Part shown: positions 1-8,611 of the stretch, piece after piece
Layout: each line of letters opens with the position of its first letter
How positions within the stretch are numbered: the stretch's first letter is position 1
IMG/VR virus record: IMGVR_UViG_3300048577_000486
Span: 1 to 37,483 of that record
DNA: 37,483 nucleotides
Reading direction: 5' to 3' (one strand)
Source of the DNA: a virus
Taxonomy: Duplodnaviria; Caudoviricetes
Position numbers and translations under genes: made by a program
Notes under the pieces: generated by a model
What the model saw: the letters and a program-made list of their open reading frames with translations, nothing else
What the model was told of the DNA's origin: nothing
Databases searched by the model: none

Positions 1-77
1 GTGGTTTTAGCTCAGTTGGTTAGAGCGCCTGATTGTGGTTCAGGAGGTCGTGGGTTCGAGCCCCATATTCCACCCCA
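1..77 (+). tRNA. tRNA-His (GUG), probable attL
   Basis: D stem GCTC/GAGC, anticodon stem CCTGA/TCAGG with GTG at 35-37, T loop TTCGAGC, discriminator C74 and CCA 75-77. The acceptor stem GTGGTTT/ATTCCAC has two T:T mismatches. Confidence 0.95.
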
Positions 78-84
78 TCGTTTT

Positions 85-111
85 AAAAGCCCAGTATTAC
101 TGGGCTTTTTT
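85..111 (+). terminator. Intrinsic terminator after the tRNA
   Basis: AAAAGCCCAGTA-T-TACTGGGCTTTT inverted repeat ending in a T-run. Confidence 0.8.
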
Positions 112-118
112 ATTTACC

Positions 119-136
119 CGGACAAAAAACGGACAA
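119..136 (+). repeat. Tandem CGGACAA repeat, putative integrase arm-type sites
   Basis: CGGACAAAAAACGGACAA; the same motif is repeated at 37444-37477. Confidence 0.55.
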
Positions 137-138
137 TA

Positions 139-1293
139 ATGAACTACAAACTAGCAGAAATATACTACGGTGCAAAGTCAGGTAAAGACATTAATAAAGA
201 GTGGTTTGTGTATTATTACTACAAACACCCTACAACCGGTAAGTTTGTAAGATTTAAAGAGCGCAAGGGGATAAATAGGTTTAAATCCATAAAGGAAAGG
301 ACCGAACAAGCCAAATTACTGCAGCAAGCAATTAACGAAGAGCTAAGAGCAGGCTTTAATCCTTTTTTGGAAAACAACTCCGCAACCGATCAACGTACTT
401 TTGTTGAAGCTTTGGCTTATGCTCTCGAAATAAAAAAGAAATTTAGACTAGAAAGGACATACATCGAGTATAAATCACAACTCAAGTTTATTAAACAATC
501 GATTGTTGCGTGTGGGTTTGATACAATGAATATCACAGAGGTAAGCCGTAGGCACATTAAACCGGTTCTGTACCACATTAAAGAGAACAACTCAATTAAC
601 ACCTACAACAAGTATTTATCGCTGTTAAAGTCGTTGTTTTCGGTTTTGGTTGATGATGAAATTATTGAGGTTAGCCCGGTGCACGGTATTAAAAATGAGA
701 AAAAGCCTGAAACTGTAGGTTATAAAACCCTAAACTCAGACCTAAAATCAAGGGTTAAAACTTTGATGTACGAACATTCTTTTGCGTTTGGCGTAATTGG
801 GGAGATTATATATGATACAGGGATAAGACCAAAGGAGATTTTGAACCTTAAATGGGAAAACATCAACCAAAATGAATTAACTATAACAGTTATTGGCACC
901 GAAAGTAAAAACCAAAAAACACGCATAGTTCCAATTAGGCGGCAATTACTTGATAAAATTTTACTGCACTATAAAAACTGCAACAATCCTGATCATGAGT
1001 GGTATTTATTTGGCAACAAAAACACGCTTGAAAGTGGACCAAAACCATTTCACCGTAATAGACTAACTGAACATTGGCACAATGTAGTGCATGTTACCGG
1101 TGGTATAGATAGTAGCTTTAAGTTATATGGATTGAAACACACGGGTTCTGATGATAAGATTATGGCTGGTCTTCCGATTGAATATTTAAAAGACTTATAC
1201 GGCCACCACAGTACCAAAATGACACGAGTTTACGCCAAGAAAATGCAAGAGAAAGCCGCGCAGGTTATTCGTGATACTTCGCCTGATTTTTAG
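139..1293 (+). CDS. int: Tyrosine recombinase (phage integrase)
   Basis: TGIRPKE (catalytic R), YGLKH, LYGH and TRVY (catalytic Y), with N-terminal arm-binding and core-binding regions. ATG at 139 lies after the tRNA and terminator. Confidence 0.92.
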   Translation: MNYKLAEIYYGAKSGKDINKEWFVYYYYKHPTTGKFVRFKERKGINRFKSIKERTEQAKLLQQAINEELRAGFNPFLENNSATDQRTFVEALAYALEIKKKFRLERTYIEYKSQLKFIKQSIVACGFDTMNITEVSRRHIKPVLYHIKENNSINTYNKYLSLLKSLFSVLVDDEIIEVSPVHGIKNEKKPETVGYKTLNSDLKSRVKTLMYEHSFAFGVIGEIIYDTGIRPKEILNLKWENINQNELTITVIGTESKNQKTRIVPIRRQLLDKILLHYKNCNNPDHEWYLFGNKNTLESGPKPFHRNRLTEHWHNVVHVTGGIDSSFKLYGLKHTGSDDKIMAGLPIEYLKDLYGHHSTKMTRVYAKKMQEKAAQVIRDTSPDF

Positions 1294-1531
1294 ATTTTAG
1301 CACCTCGTTAAATTCTCGACTGCTCTCGGCCTTATCATGGCAACACCTGCACAATGCTATCAAGTTTGATGGTGCATCCTGCAGGTGTTTTGTTTTCTTT
1401 CCAAATTTTGAACGCTTAACCAGGTGATGAACATCAACTGCACGTTGGCCACAATTAGGGGCTTCACACGGAATAAAATCGGATACATCAAAATTGTTGT
1501 GATGCATGTATGATTTAACGTGATCTTGCAT
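1265..1531 (-). CDS. Small HNH endonuclease
   Basis: CEAPNC...DVHH...NLIALCRCCH. Confidence 0.8.
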   Translation of the reverse strand: MQDHVKSYMHHNNFDVSDFIPCEAPNCGQRAVDVHHLVKRSKFGKKTKHLQDAPSNLIALCRCCHDKAESSREFNEVLKSKNQAKYHE

Positions 1532-2034
1532 TACCGCCTAAACTGCAAGTATAAACCGAGTGCGACCCCTGAAATAAACGAAATAAGCAACCACCAACGT
1601 ACTGCATGTAGTGTTTCAAAAAATGAAGCCACCTCACGCACATGAACGGAGTTGTTTTTCTCAGTTGATACTTGGACCATTAAACTATCAATGATGTGCA
1701 ATAAGCTATCTGTATTGCAATTGATAACCAATTTACCGGCTGTATCTATGTTTAAAGTAGCCGTTGTTTTGCCTATTTTCTTGGTTGAAGATTGGCCTTT
1801 AAACTTAGGTTTACCATCAACGCAATCAACATTTACCTTGGTTTCAATTTTAACGGTATCTCCAGCCCTATAAAATGTATCGCGAGTGCTTTTTATAACG
1901 GTATCAATTTTTACAATGCGAATTGTATCACCGGAGCAAAACCTTTTAACAGCTTGTTTTTTGGTATAAATACCAATAGTTGAACAGCCTGAAAGTATGG
2001 CTGTTAAAATTAAAAATAGCGAGATTCTATTCAT
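1531..2034 (-). CDS. Putative unimolecular spanin
   Basis: Lipobox LSGC, beta-rich middle and C-terminal TM (WWLLISFISGVALGLYL); lies right after the endolysin. Confidence 0.65.
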   Translation of the reverse strand: MNRISLFLILTAILSGCSTIGIYTKKQAVKRFCSGDTIRIVKIDTVIKSTRDTFYRAGDTVKIETKVNVDCVDGKPKFKGQSSTKKIGKTTATLNIDTAGKLVINCNTDSLLHIIDSLMVQVSTEKNNSVHVREVASFFETLHAVRWWLLISFISGVALGLYLQFRR

Positions 2035-2045
2035 TTCTCTAAAAA

Positions 2046-2498
2046 TTAAGCAGCGTTAACGGCCATGTAAATTTCATCCCAAAGTTTAGGGTTGGTGATG
2101 TTTAAGCCATCATCAACATGTACTTCATCTTGTACGGTAAATTTGCCTCCCCATCTAAGCTCTGGTGTTTTGTCAAGTTCTTCAAGGAACAAGTTATCAA
2201 TACCCTTTTTATCGCGCATCTTAGCGGTGTTAAACCACTCACCGGTTGCTATTAGTTGCAAGTTGAAATCTATTGCATGGCCAACCTTATGATTACTTCT
2301 TCCGGCTGGCTTAACAATTGCTCCACTAATCAATGCACCTTCTTTCCTGAAGGAGTTAGTAACCCAACAAATCAAGCCGTACTTTTTAAGCAGCTCGTTC
2401 ATTATATTTAGTTTTGGAACAAAACTTTCCTCAACTAAAATCGGCTTATTGTTAAGACCCCTGAAATTAGAACCTTTATATTCTACAATTTTATACAT
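2046..2498 (-). CDS. Endolysin, M15 family Zn peptidase
   Basis: SFR, SNHKVGHAIDF and WGGKF...DEVH motifs. Confidence 0.85.
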   Translation of the reverse strand: MYKIVEYKGSNFRGLNNKPILVEESFVPKLNIMNELLKKYGLICWVTNSFRKEGALISGAIVKPAGRSNHKVGHAIDFNLQLIATGEWFNTAKMRDKKGIDNLFLEELDKTPELRWGGKFTVQDEVHVDDGLNITNPKLWDEIYMAVNAA

Positions 2499-2501
2499 GT
2501 A

Positions 2502-2870
2502 CTAATGCTTTGTAAATTGTTTGAATAATGATTTTCCGGTGATGTCTCTTAGGTTTTCATCAACACTTTTTAATTCGATAAGGGCAATTAGTCCACTTAC
2601 TATTTTCATGATTTCAATGCTTGGTGAAAAGTTTACTTGAAATACATGCGCAACTAAAATGGCCACCATATAACCAATACCTTTAGTAACTGTTGGCCTC
2701 ATTTTTTTAGATGTGATTAATTCACCTCTTTTTTTAGCTGCTAACATTCCGGTTATAAAATCAGAAACAACAAAAAAACCAATGGCCAAAAGCATTGTAA
2801 ATGCAGGTGAAAAATAAGTTGCAACGGCAACCGGTAACATTGATAAATATTTTAAAAATTGTTCTTTCAT
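2502..2870 (-). CDS. Holin
   Basis: Several TM segments with DFITGM...TSKKMR...ELKSVDENL; lies just upstream of the endolysin. Confidence 0.85.
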   Translation of the reverse strand: MKEQFLKYLSMLPVAVATYFSPAFTMLLAIGFFVVSDFITGMLAAKKRGELITSKKMRPTVTKGIGYMVAILVAHVFQVNFSPSIEIMKIVSGLIALIELKSVDENLRDITGKSLFKQFTKH

Positions 2871-3376
2871 GCTCCTAAAATTCTAAAGTTTCTTTTGGGT
2901 TTAATTGGGGTGTCGTTTTCATTAGCCGATAGATTTACACCATCAAGCGTATAATTAATTGATGCCAAGTGTTTGGAAGCCTTAACTAAATAAAATCGTC
3001 CATCGTGTTCAAAACCTTTGATTATATGAACCACATCATCATTGCTAACAGCAACAGCATCCTGATCTATTATTTTTTGAATGCCGAATTGTGTTACTTG
3101 TTTACCGTGCTTTCTTAAAAAACGAGCGTACGAATAATTAACCCACATAGCCTTAAAGTAATCATTATAAAATGTTCTTAACTCTGGCTTATTATCCTCA
3201 GTTGGAGGCGTGTTTGGCAATTCTTTAATCGCATTTAAAAGTGTAGACGGCAAAATATTGTGTAAGTCTATTTCAAAGGTTTTAGCGCAGTGCGCTGATA
3301 AAACCCTATCAAAATCAATGTTTTTATTGAAGTCTTCAATTTGATCGATGAAATCTTGTTTAGTTAGTTGTGCCAT
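2867..3376 (-). CDS. Putative head-tail adaptor
   Basis: About 170 aa, helical, directly after the portal; ATG at 3376. Function from position only. Confidence 0.5.
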   Translation of the reverse strand: MAQLTKQDFIDQIEDFNKNIDFDRVLSAHCAKTFEIDLHNILPSTLLNAIKELPNTPPTEDNKPELRTFYNDYFKAMWVNYSYARFLRKHGKQVTQFGIQKIIDQDAVAVSNDDVVHIIKGFEHDGRFYLVKASKHLASINYTLDGVNLSANENDTPIKPKRNFRILGA

Positions 3377-4679
3377 CCTCAATTCCAATTAATTTTAACA
3401 AATCATTATTACCCATCCTTTTAATAATTTCTGCTGAAACAATAGGGTTAAGAGTGTTTAGTCTATCAATTATTTTTTGGGTTTTTTCATCCGCTTTGGG
3501 AAGAGGCGCATATTTACCTAACGCCCTTAATTCATCGTCAGTTAATTTCGCAATAACCTCTGGTGGCAAATACTCAAAAATGTTAGCTTGTCCAATACTC
3601 CAATCAATACCCGGAAACAATTCGGTCAACATCCGAGTAATCATCGCCTGACGGTCTGTTACAATCATTGCAAAGACTTTTATTGAATTAACTAAAGCCG
3701 CATTGTTACCTAAGATATTAGCAACCTCCATACCAACTAATACAGGTGGCACAGAAAGATGACGACATACAGCGCGAGGAATTCTATCCCTCGTTTTTTC
3801 TGTACCATTTAGAATATCAGCAATCGGGAATGGTGTTATTTCGGGCTTTTCTCCTGCAACTTTAGATTGTAAAATAAGTACAGAGTTGGCCTCTTCTGAT
3901 GTAAACTCTTTTATGTCTGCGTTCAGATAATCCCACTCTGTTTTACCTTCTTCATCTTCAGTTTCAGTATCTATTTCTCCGGGATATGCAAAAATTGCTT
4001 GCGCCTTAAACCCTCTACGTATGTTGCGTTCGTCAAGCCTTTGAAGTGATGCATCAGAACGAATATCCTCTATACCAGAATAGCAATCAGGTATTGGATA
4101 AATATCCCCGTTATGGTCCTCTTTGATTTGAAAATCGCACCATATTTCACCCAACTGTTCACCATGCTTTGCAATTTCATCATTAATAATTTTGATGCGC
4201 TCTGCTGCCGGAACATTAGGAGTATAATTCCTGATGTATACGTTTTCATTTTCTTTATAACCGACTTCACCCTTTAAATGGTTGTATATCCAAGTTCCAT
4301 CTGTCGTTCTACGAAGTGTCTTAATTGGAACGCGATAAATAGAACCAGGTAAGCCATCTAATTTATAAAGTATACGAAAGGCAACAGCCTCAAAAACTGC
4401 GGCACTTGGGGCAATATCAGCAAGTAACGCAGGTGCCAATTGCTTTTTATTTACCCGAAACGTTTTTGCTTGATCGTTAATAAAACCAGAGCCAATAATG
4501 AATGTTTTTAAACGGCTAACACAAACTCTTGCCGTACCACTATCGCCAATAGCTCGAATTAGTTCGTTTGGCAAATTGTCTTTAACACCGTATGAATAAA
4601 CCTTTTTAAGTTTATTCTCCTCAACCTTTGGCATTGCAGCTTTTACCACATAACTACGTCTGGTCTTATGCTTTTTCAT
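3360..4679 (-). CDS. Portal protein
   Basis: 439 aa with YG..DNLP, YPIPD and HLSVPPVLVG motifs typical of portals. Confidence 0.8.
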   Translation of the reverse strand: MKKHKTRRSYVVKAAMPKVEENKLKKVYSYGVKDNLPNELIRAIGDSGTARVCVSRLKTFIIGSGFINDQAKTFRVNKKQLAPALLADIAPSAAVFEAVAFRILYKLDGLPGSIYRVPIKTLRRTTDGTWIYNHLKGEVGYKENENVYIRNYTPNVPAAERIKIINDEIAKHGEQLGEIWCDFQIKEDHNGDIYPIPDCYSGIEDIRSDASLQRLDERNIRRGFKAQAIFAYPGEIDTETEDEEGKTEWDYLNADIKEFTSEEANSVLILQSKVAGEKPEITPFPIADILNGTEKTRDRIPRAVCRHLSVPPVLVGMEVANILGNNAALVNSIKVFAMIVTDRQAMITRMLTELFPGIDWSIGQANIFEYLPPEVIAKLTDDELRALGKYAPLPKADEKTQKIIDRLNTLNPIVSAEIIKRMGNNDLLKLIGIEDGTTN

Positions 4680-4998
4680 TTAACAAATGGTGGTTACTTT
4701 TATGAGGAATGATGTAAGTTTTAATCTCGGCTTGGGTGATGGTAGAAAGTTGTATAACCTTACCATTAACACACATAGTATCGTTGATGTGTTGTTGCTT
4801 AATGGTAAATTCAGGGTTGTTTTTTGGTTGTTTTTTACTACTCATAACATAAGCGTTAAGCGCATTGTATGCAGTGATATAACTTCCTGTACATGTTTTG
4901 CACAGTTTTTTATTAAAAACCTCCTCGTACGCTTGTAGGAGGAGGTTTTTTTCTTTTATGGCATAGAAGCCGTTTTTAATTAGTTCCTCAACATCCAT
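4666..4998 (-). CDS. Hypothetical phage protein (CxxC)
   Basis: Overlaps both neighbours; contains LCKTC. Confidence 0.7.
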   Translation of the reverse strand: MDVEELIKNGFYAIKEKNLLLQAYEEVFNKKLCKTCTGSYITAYNALNAYVMSSKKQPKNNPEFTIKQQHINDTMCVNGKVIQLSTITQAEIKTYIIPHKSNHHLLNEKA

Positions 4999-5597
4999 TA
5001 TGCTGTTTCAAGCATAGCGTCTAATGTGGTGATAATATCCTCCGTGTCAATAGCCGGTTGGAATAGTTTTGGTTTTTCGTAAAAGTTACCGGTAAATGTT
5101 ACTTTTTCGGCTTTCGAATCGGTAAACACAATACCCTCTGCACCTTCAATACTACCTGATAAACCCCTTTCATCGTCCATATCTCCCGGCTTCCATGGAT
5201 TACGGTCAATCCCTGCCACTTTAACGCGGTTGTCAGCGGTAACATAGATTACAAAAGCGCGTTTGATTAAGCCAAGTTTTTGAACCGCTTCATGTTCTAA
5301 AGGAGTGTATGGCCAAAAAGATATTGTTGCTGTTTGCGTAAACATATTACGCGGCTTTTGAACAACGGTTGTGTATTTAAAATCGTTAGTTTCTTTTGCA
5401 CTTGCATACTTACGTAAGTAAGTAGATGCTTTAAGTGTTAATGCGGTAACCTCACCGTTTGCGCCAAAAGTAACAGATGCGATATCTGTTCTTTTGCCAA
5501 CATAGATAACACCATCAACACCACCCGGAGCCTCTAACGCAAGACAATTGGTTGTTTCCAATGCCTTCATCAGTGTTGTACAATCTAAAGTGTTCAT
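4998..5597 (-). CDS. Putative major tail (tube) protein
   Basis: 199 aa, beta-rich, GGVDGVIY...FTQTATISF; follows the putative capsid gene. Confidence 0.55.
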   Translation of the reverse strand: MNTLDCTTLMKALETTNCLALEAPGGVDGVIYVGKRTDIASVTFGANGEVTALTLKASTYLRKYASAKETNDFKYTTVVQKPRNMFTQTATISFWPYTPLEHEAVQKLGLIKRAFVIYVTADNRVKVAGIDRNPWKPGDMDDERGLSGSIEGAEGIVFTDSKAEKVTFTGNFYEKPKLFQPAIDTEDIITTLDAMLETA

Positions 5598-5620
5598 TTT
5601 TTAATTTGATTTTTTAATTG

Positions 5621-5646
5621 AAAAAAGGCGGGCGTACACCCGCCTT
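5621..5646 (-). terminator. Intrinsic terminator after the capsid gene
   Basis: AAGGCGGG/CCCGCCTT stem followed by a T-run on the minus strand. Confidence 0.75.
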
Positions 5647-5670
5647 AATCACTACCTATAAAAATTACAA

Positions 5671-6864
5671 CTAACCCATGTATAACACTTTCTGCGATGG
5701 GGTCATTACAGAAGCTTCTTGAGTGAAAACACACCAGTAGAACATTCTACGGCTATTGGCCGCAACAAAGTCCATTTTAACGTAAGAGGTATCGTCTGTT
5801 GCATCGCAAGACCAAACAAAGTCACTCCAAACACCACCTGCCATTGTGTTTTCAGGAATAGGCACAAACTCAATACGAATGTTATTGAAGTAGTAAGTAC
5901 CATCTTTATAAATGAACGCATCTTTAAAATTAGATGGGTTATTGTTGTAGATGGTAATTAATTGGTTGTGGCTTTCAGGGGCAAAAATTCTGTAGTTACC
6001 AATGTTTTCAGCCGTTAAATTTTCGGGTAAAATAATAGCGTAAAGCTTATCATACTCTGCCTTAATGTTGCTTGATGTGATGGTTGTTCCGGTTACTTTT
6101 TTACGTTTCCCAACCGCACCACGGTCATAAATTAACTTAGTAATTACACCATCGAACTCAGATGTTGGAGCTGCTGCAACATATACTTTATGAGCAGTAC
6201 TCACAGACGTTGCAGTTGCATCTGCTGCGGTTAATGCTGCAACGGCCGTTTTAGTTGCGGTTTTAGCACCGTTCCAAAACTTAACCTCCGCAGCACGAGA
6301 GGTTAACAAACCATACAACTGTAAAACCATTTGGTTAAACTCATTGCTTTCCTCGTTAAATGCACCTTTCGGGATGTCCTTAGCGAATCGGCTAAACCTT
6401 AAACCAAGTTCTTTAGCTGTAAAGGTTTTGTAAACCATTAATTGTACAGGTTGGTTGATATAATCACGAACCGATAAATCTCCCTGACTGTTAGATTCTG
6501 TTGGTTCTTCGTCATAACTTTGAATAACAACTGCACCGTCAGCCTCTGTTAAAACAATTTCGTTTTTAACGTTGTCTAAAACCGTAACTAACTTTTTTTC
6601 AACCGTTCGATTCATCATCAACACTTGTTGGAAGATATTATCAAAGTGTTCTCCTTTAAACTCAACCGGATTAAGAATAAAATCATAAGCATGACCTTGA
6701 TTTACAGCAGAGCCAAGAATTAAAGACAAGCCAACAACAGTACCTTCAACAGCACACAATGTAATTGCAGGGTTAAGATCGGCAGCGTTGCTGATACCAA
6801 TTGATAGGATTAAACCTATCATTAAATTAAGGGCTAAGCCCAATCCGTTTTTAAGCGTTTTCAT
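5671..6864 (-). CDS. Putative major capsid protein with hydrophobic N-terminal leader
   Basis: 397 aa, downstream of the Clp protease/scaffold gene and followed by a terminator. Confidence 0.65.
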   Translation of the reverse strand: MKTLKNGLGLALNLMIGLILSIGISNAADLNPAITLCAVEGTVVGLSLILGSAVNQGHAYDFILNPVEFKGEHFDNIFQQVLMMNRTVEKKLVTVLDNVKNEIVLTEADGAVVIQSYDEEPTESNSQGDLSVRDYINQPVQLMVYKTFTAKELGLRFSRFAKDIPKGAFNEESNEFNQMVLQLYGLLTSRAAEVKFWNGAKTATKTAVAALTAADATATSVSTAHKVYVAAAPTSEFDGVITKLIYDRGAVGKRKKVTGTTITSSNIKAEYDKLYAIILPENLTAENIGNYRIFAPESHNQLITIYNNNPSNFKDAFIYKDGTYYFNNIRIEFVPIPENTMAGGVWSDFVWSCDATDDTSYVKMDFVAANSRRMFYWCVFTQEASVMTPSQKVLYMG

Positions 6865-6889
6865 CTATTTTTTAAGTAATTAATTGTTA

Positions 6890-7102
6890 CTACTTACCTT
6901 CTCCGCTTCCGTCAGGTGATGGCTTCTCCTGCTTAGATTCGATAAAGGCTTTAACTTCCGGACCATCAGCAAAAAGCTCAATGTCCTCAGGATGCTTGTT
7001 CAAATGATACAAGGCGATTTCATCTGTTAGCTCCTTGTGTGTGATTGCGGTGTTTGGACCGAACGGGTGCAAAACCTTTTCTTTTTTTAATTTAAATGGC
7101 AT
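6890..7102 (-). CDS. Hypothetical head-module protein
   Basis: 70-aa ORF between the protease and capsid genes. Confidence 0.65.
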   Translation of the reverse strand: MPFKLKKEKVLHPFGPNTAITHKELTDEIALYHLNKHPEDIELFADGPEVKAFIESKQEKPSPDGSGEGK

Positions 7103-7103
7103 A

Positions 7104-8336
7104 TTAGTTAGGAATTACTTTTCTACGATTGGCCGCTGCTTCTTTTGCTTTTGCAGCAAAATCATCAGCACCCGAGCTTGTACCTTTTGGTTTTCCGTCA
7201 CCTTCACCCGGCACAAACTGCGATAGCGTTTGAACGGTTTTGTTGATTTCAACCAACTCTTTAGCAACTTTTGAAGCGTTCTTCTTTGCTTCAATTACTG
7301 CTGTTTTAGAAGCGTTTATTTGTGCCTCTAAATTTGCAATTTTGGCGTTTGCAGCTTCTAACCTCTGAGCATCAGTTTCTAACTCTGCCTCTTTGTAATC
7401 GCCAACTTTACCTTCACCATCAACGGTAAACGTATCGCCATTAGCCAATTTGTAATCGCCAGGTGAAGCAACTGTTGTCATAGCTTCATCGCTGTATACA
7501 ACAATGCCATCGGCTAAACTATCCTCAGCAAAATAGATTGATGAACCGCTGTCGAGCGATTCCATTTTAGCATTGGTTTGTTTTTCCGGAGTTCCATCCT
7601 CTTTTAAACCAAGCGACTTAAAGGCGTTTTGCATGGTTGTTTTTAAACCACCTAATGCAGCCAAGAATTCAGCTTTATTCATATCTGTATGTTTTGAATT
7701 TTTAGTAACAATTGCAGCTATTTTATCTGAGTAAGAGAAAAGTTTAGCAGACTTGGCAACCGGTTGTCCGTTAATGATAGCTGTCGCAAAACCAAGCTCT
7801 AAAGCTTTATCAGAACCAAGATCAGTTTCATCTTTAAGCATTTGCTCAAGTTCTGTTTTTTGAGCATCGGTAAGAGTTAAGTGTTCGCAATAAAAGTTGA
7901 ACATCTTATCTTGGGTTTCTTTAACATCGGCTGCAATAGCTAATAATTCATCTGCTGTTAAGCGAGTGTCCCAACCTAAAGAATATGGATCAAGTGCAGG
8001 GTTATGAATAAAGAATTCAGCGTTTTTGCTGATATGTCTTTCATCGCCTGCCATAAAAATAACCGTAGCAATACTGTTGGCTTTGTAAGCAATGGTTATA
8101 ATTTTTTTACCATCTGCTTTAGCACCAACAAGCATATCATAAATAGCAAACCCTTGTGTGGTATTTCCACCATTTGAATCTATGGTGATATGATACTCGT
8201 CTGCATCTTTATTCTCATCAATAAAAGCTTGTACATCGTTAGAAGAAAAACACGGTTGTGATTCGCCAAACATTTCAGCGTATACATCATAGTTTCCGAT
8301 GTCTTTATTGATAGTTAGTTTTGCGATTTTAGGCAT
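7104..8336 (-). CDS. ClpP-like prohead protease with C-terminal scaffold-like region
   Basis: IDSNGG, ANSIA (Ser), FFIHNP (His) and ALELGFAT motifs, plus a C-terminal coiled coil. Confidence 0.85.
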   Translation of the reverse strand: MPKIAKLTINKDIGNYDVYAEMFGESQPCFSSNDVQAFIDENKDADEYHITIDSNGGNTTQGFAIYDMLVGAKADGKKIITIAYKANSIATVIFMAGDERHISKNAEFFIHNPALDPYSLGWDTRLTADELLAIAADVKETQDKMFNFYCEHLTLTDAQKTELEQMLKDETDLGSDKALELGFATAIINGQPVAKSAKLFSYSDKIAAIVTKNSKHTDMNKAEFLAALGGLKTTMQNAFKSLGLKEDGTPEKQTNAKMESLDSGSSIYFAEDSLADGIVVYSDEAMTTVASPGDYKLANGDTFTVDGEGKVGDYKEAELETDAQRLEAANAKIANLEAQINASKTAVIEAKKNASKVAKELVEINKTVQTLSQFVPGEGDGKPKGTSSGADDFAAKAKEAAANRRKVIPN

Positions 8337-8389
8337 TGCATTACTTCTGTATGTGAAATTTCATTTCTTCTATGTGTGAAAAAGTAATT

Positions 8390-8420
8390 CAAACATATAT
8401 TCAATAATTGAATATTTTTG
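8390..8420. promoter_or_regulatory. Divergent Bacteroidota -7 elements flanking the palindrome ATATTCAA-N3-TTGAATAT
   Basis: TATGTTTG on minus (8397-8390), palindrome at 8397-8415, TATTTTTG on plus (8413-8420). Confidence 0.65.
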
Positions 8421-8443
8421 TTATACGTACCTCATAAAATAAT

Positions 8444-8611
8444 ATGGATAGCAATCGCATAATTTTGAAGACCGACTTAAGTAGGACAACACACAGTAAA
8501 TTCAAAGAGAAATACGGTCCACGTAAAATGAAAGACCGACTTAGAGAACTTATCAAAGCTGATGTTGAGGGCTTAATAATTATTCAAAAAACTAATATTA
8601 ATAATGGCTGA
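8444..8611 (+). CDS. 55-aa basic protein, possible ribbon-helix-helix regulator (not in the ORF track)
   Basis: MDSNRIILKTDLSRTTHSKFKEKYGPRKMKDRLRELIKADVEGLIIIQKTNINNG; overlaps the tape-measure start. Confidence 0.6.
   Translation: MDSNRIILKTDLSRTTHSKFKEKYGPRKMKDRLRELIKADVEGLIIIQKTNINNG

Noticed and set aside
1-138. N-terminal extension of the integrase ORF from position 1
   Set aside because: It reads through the tRNA and terminator; ATG 139 is the plausible start.
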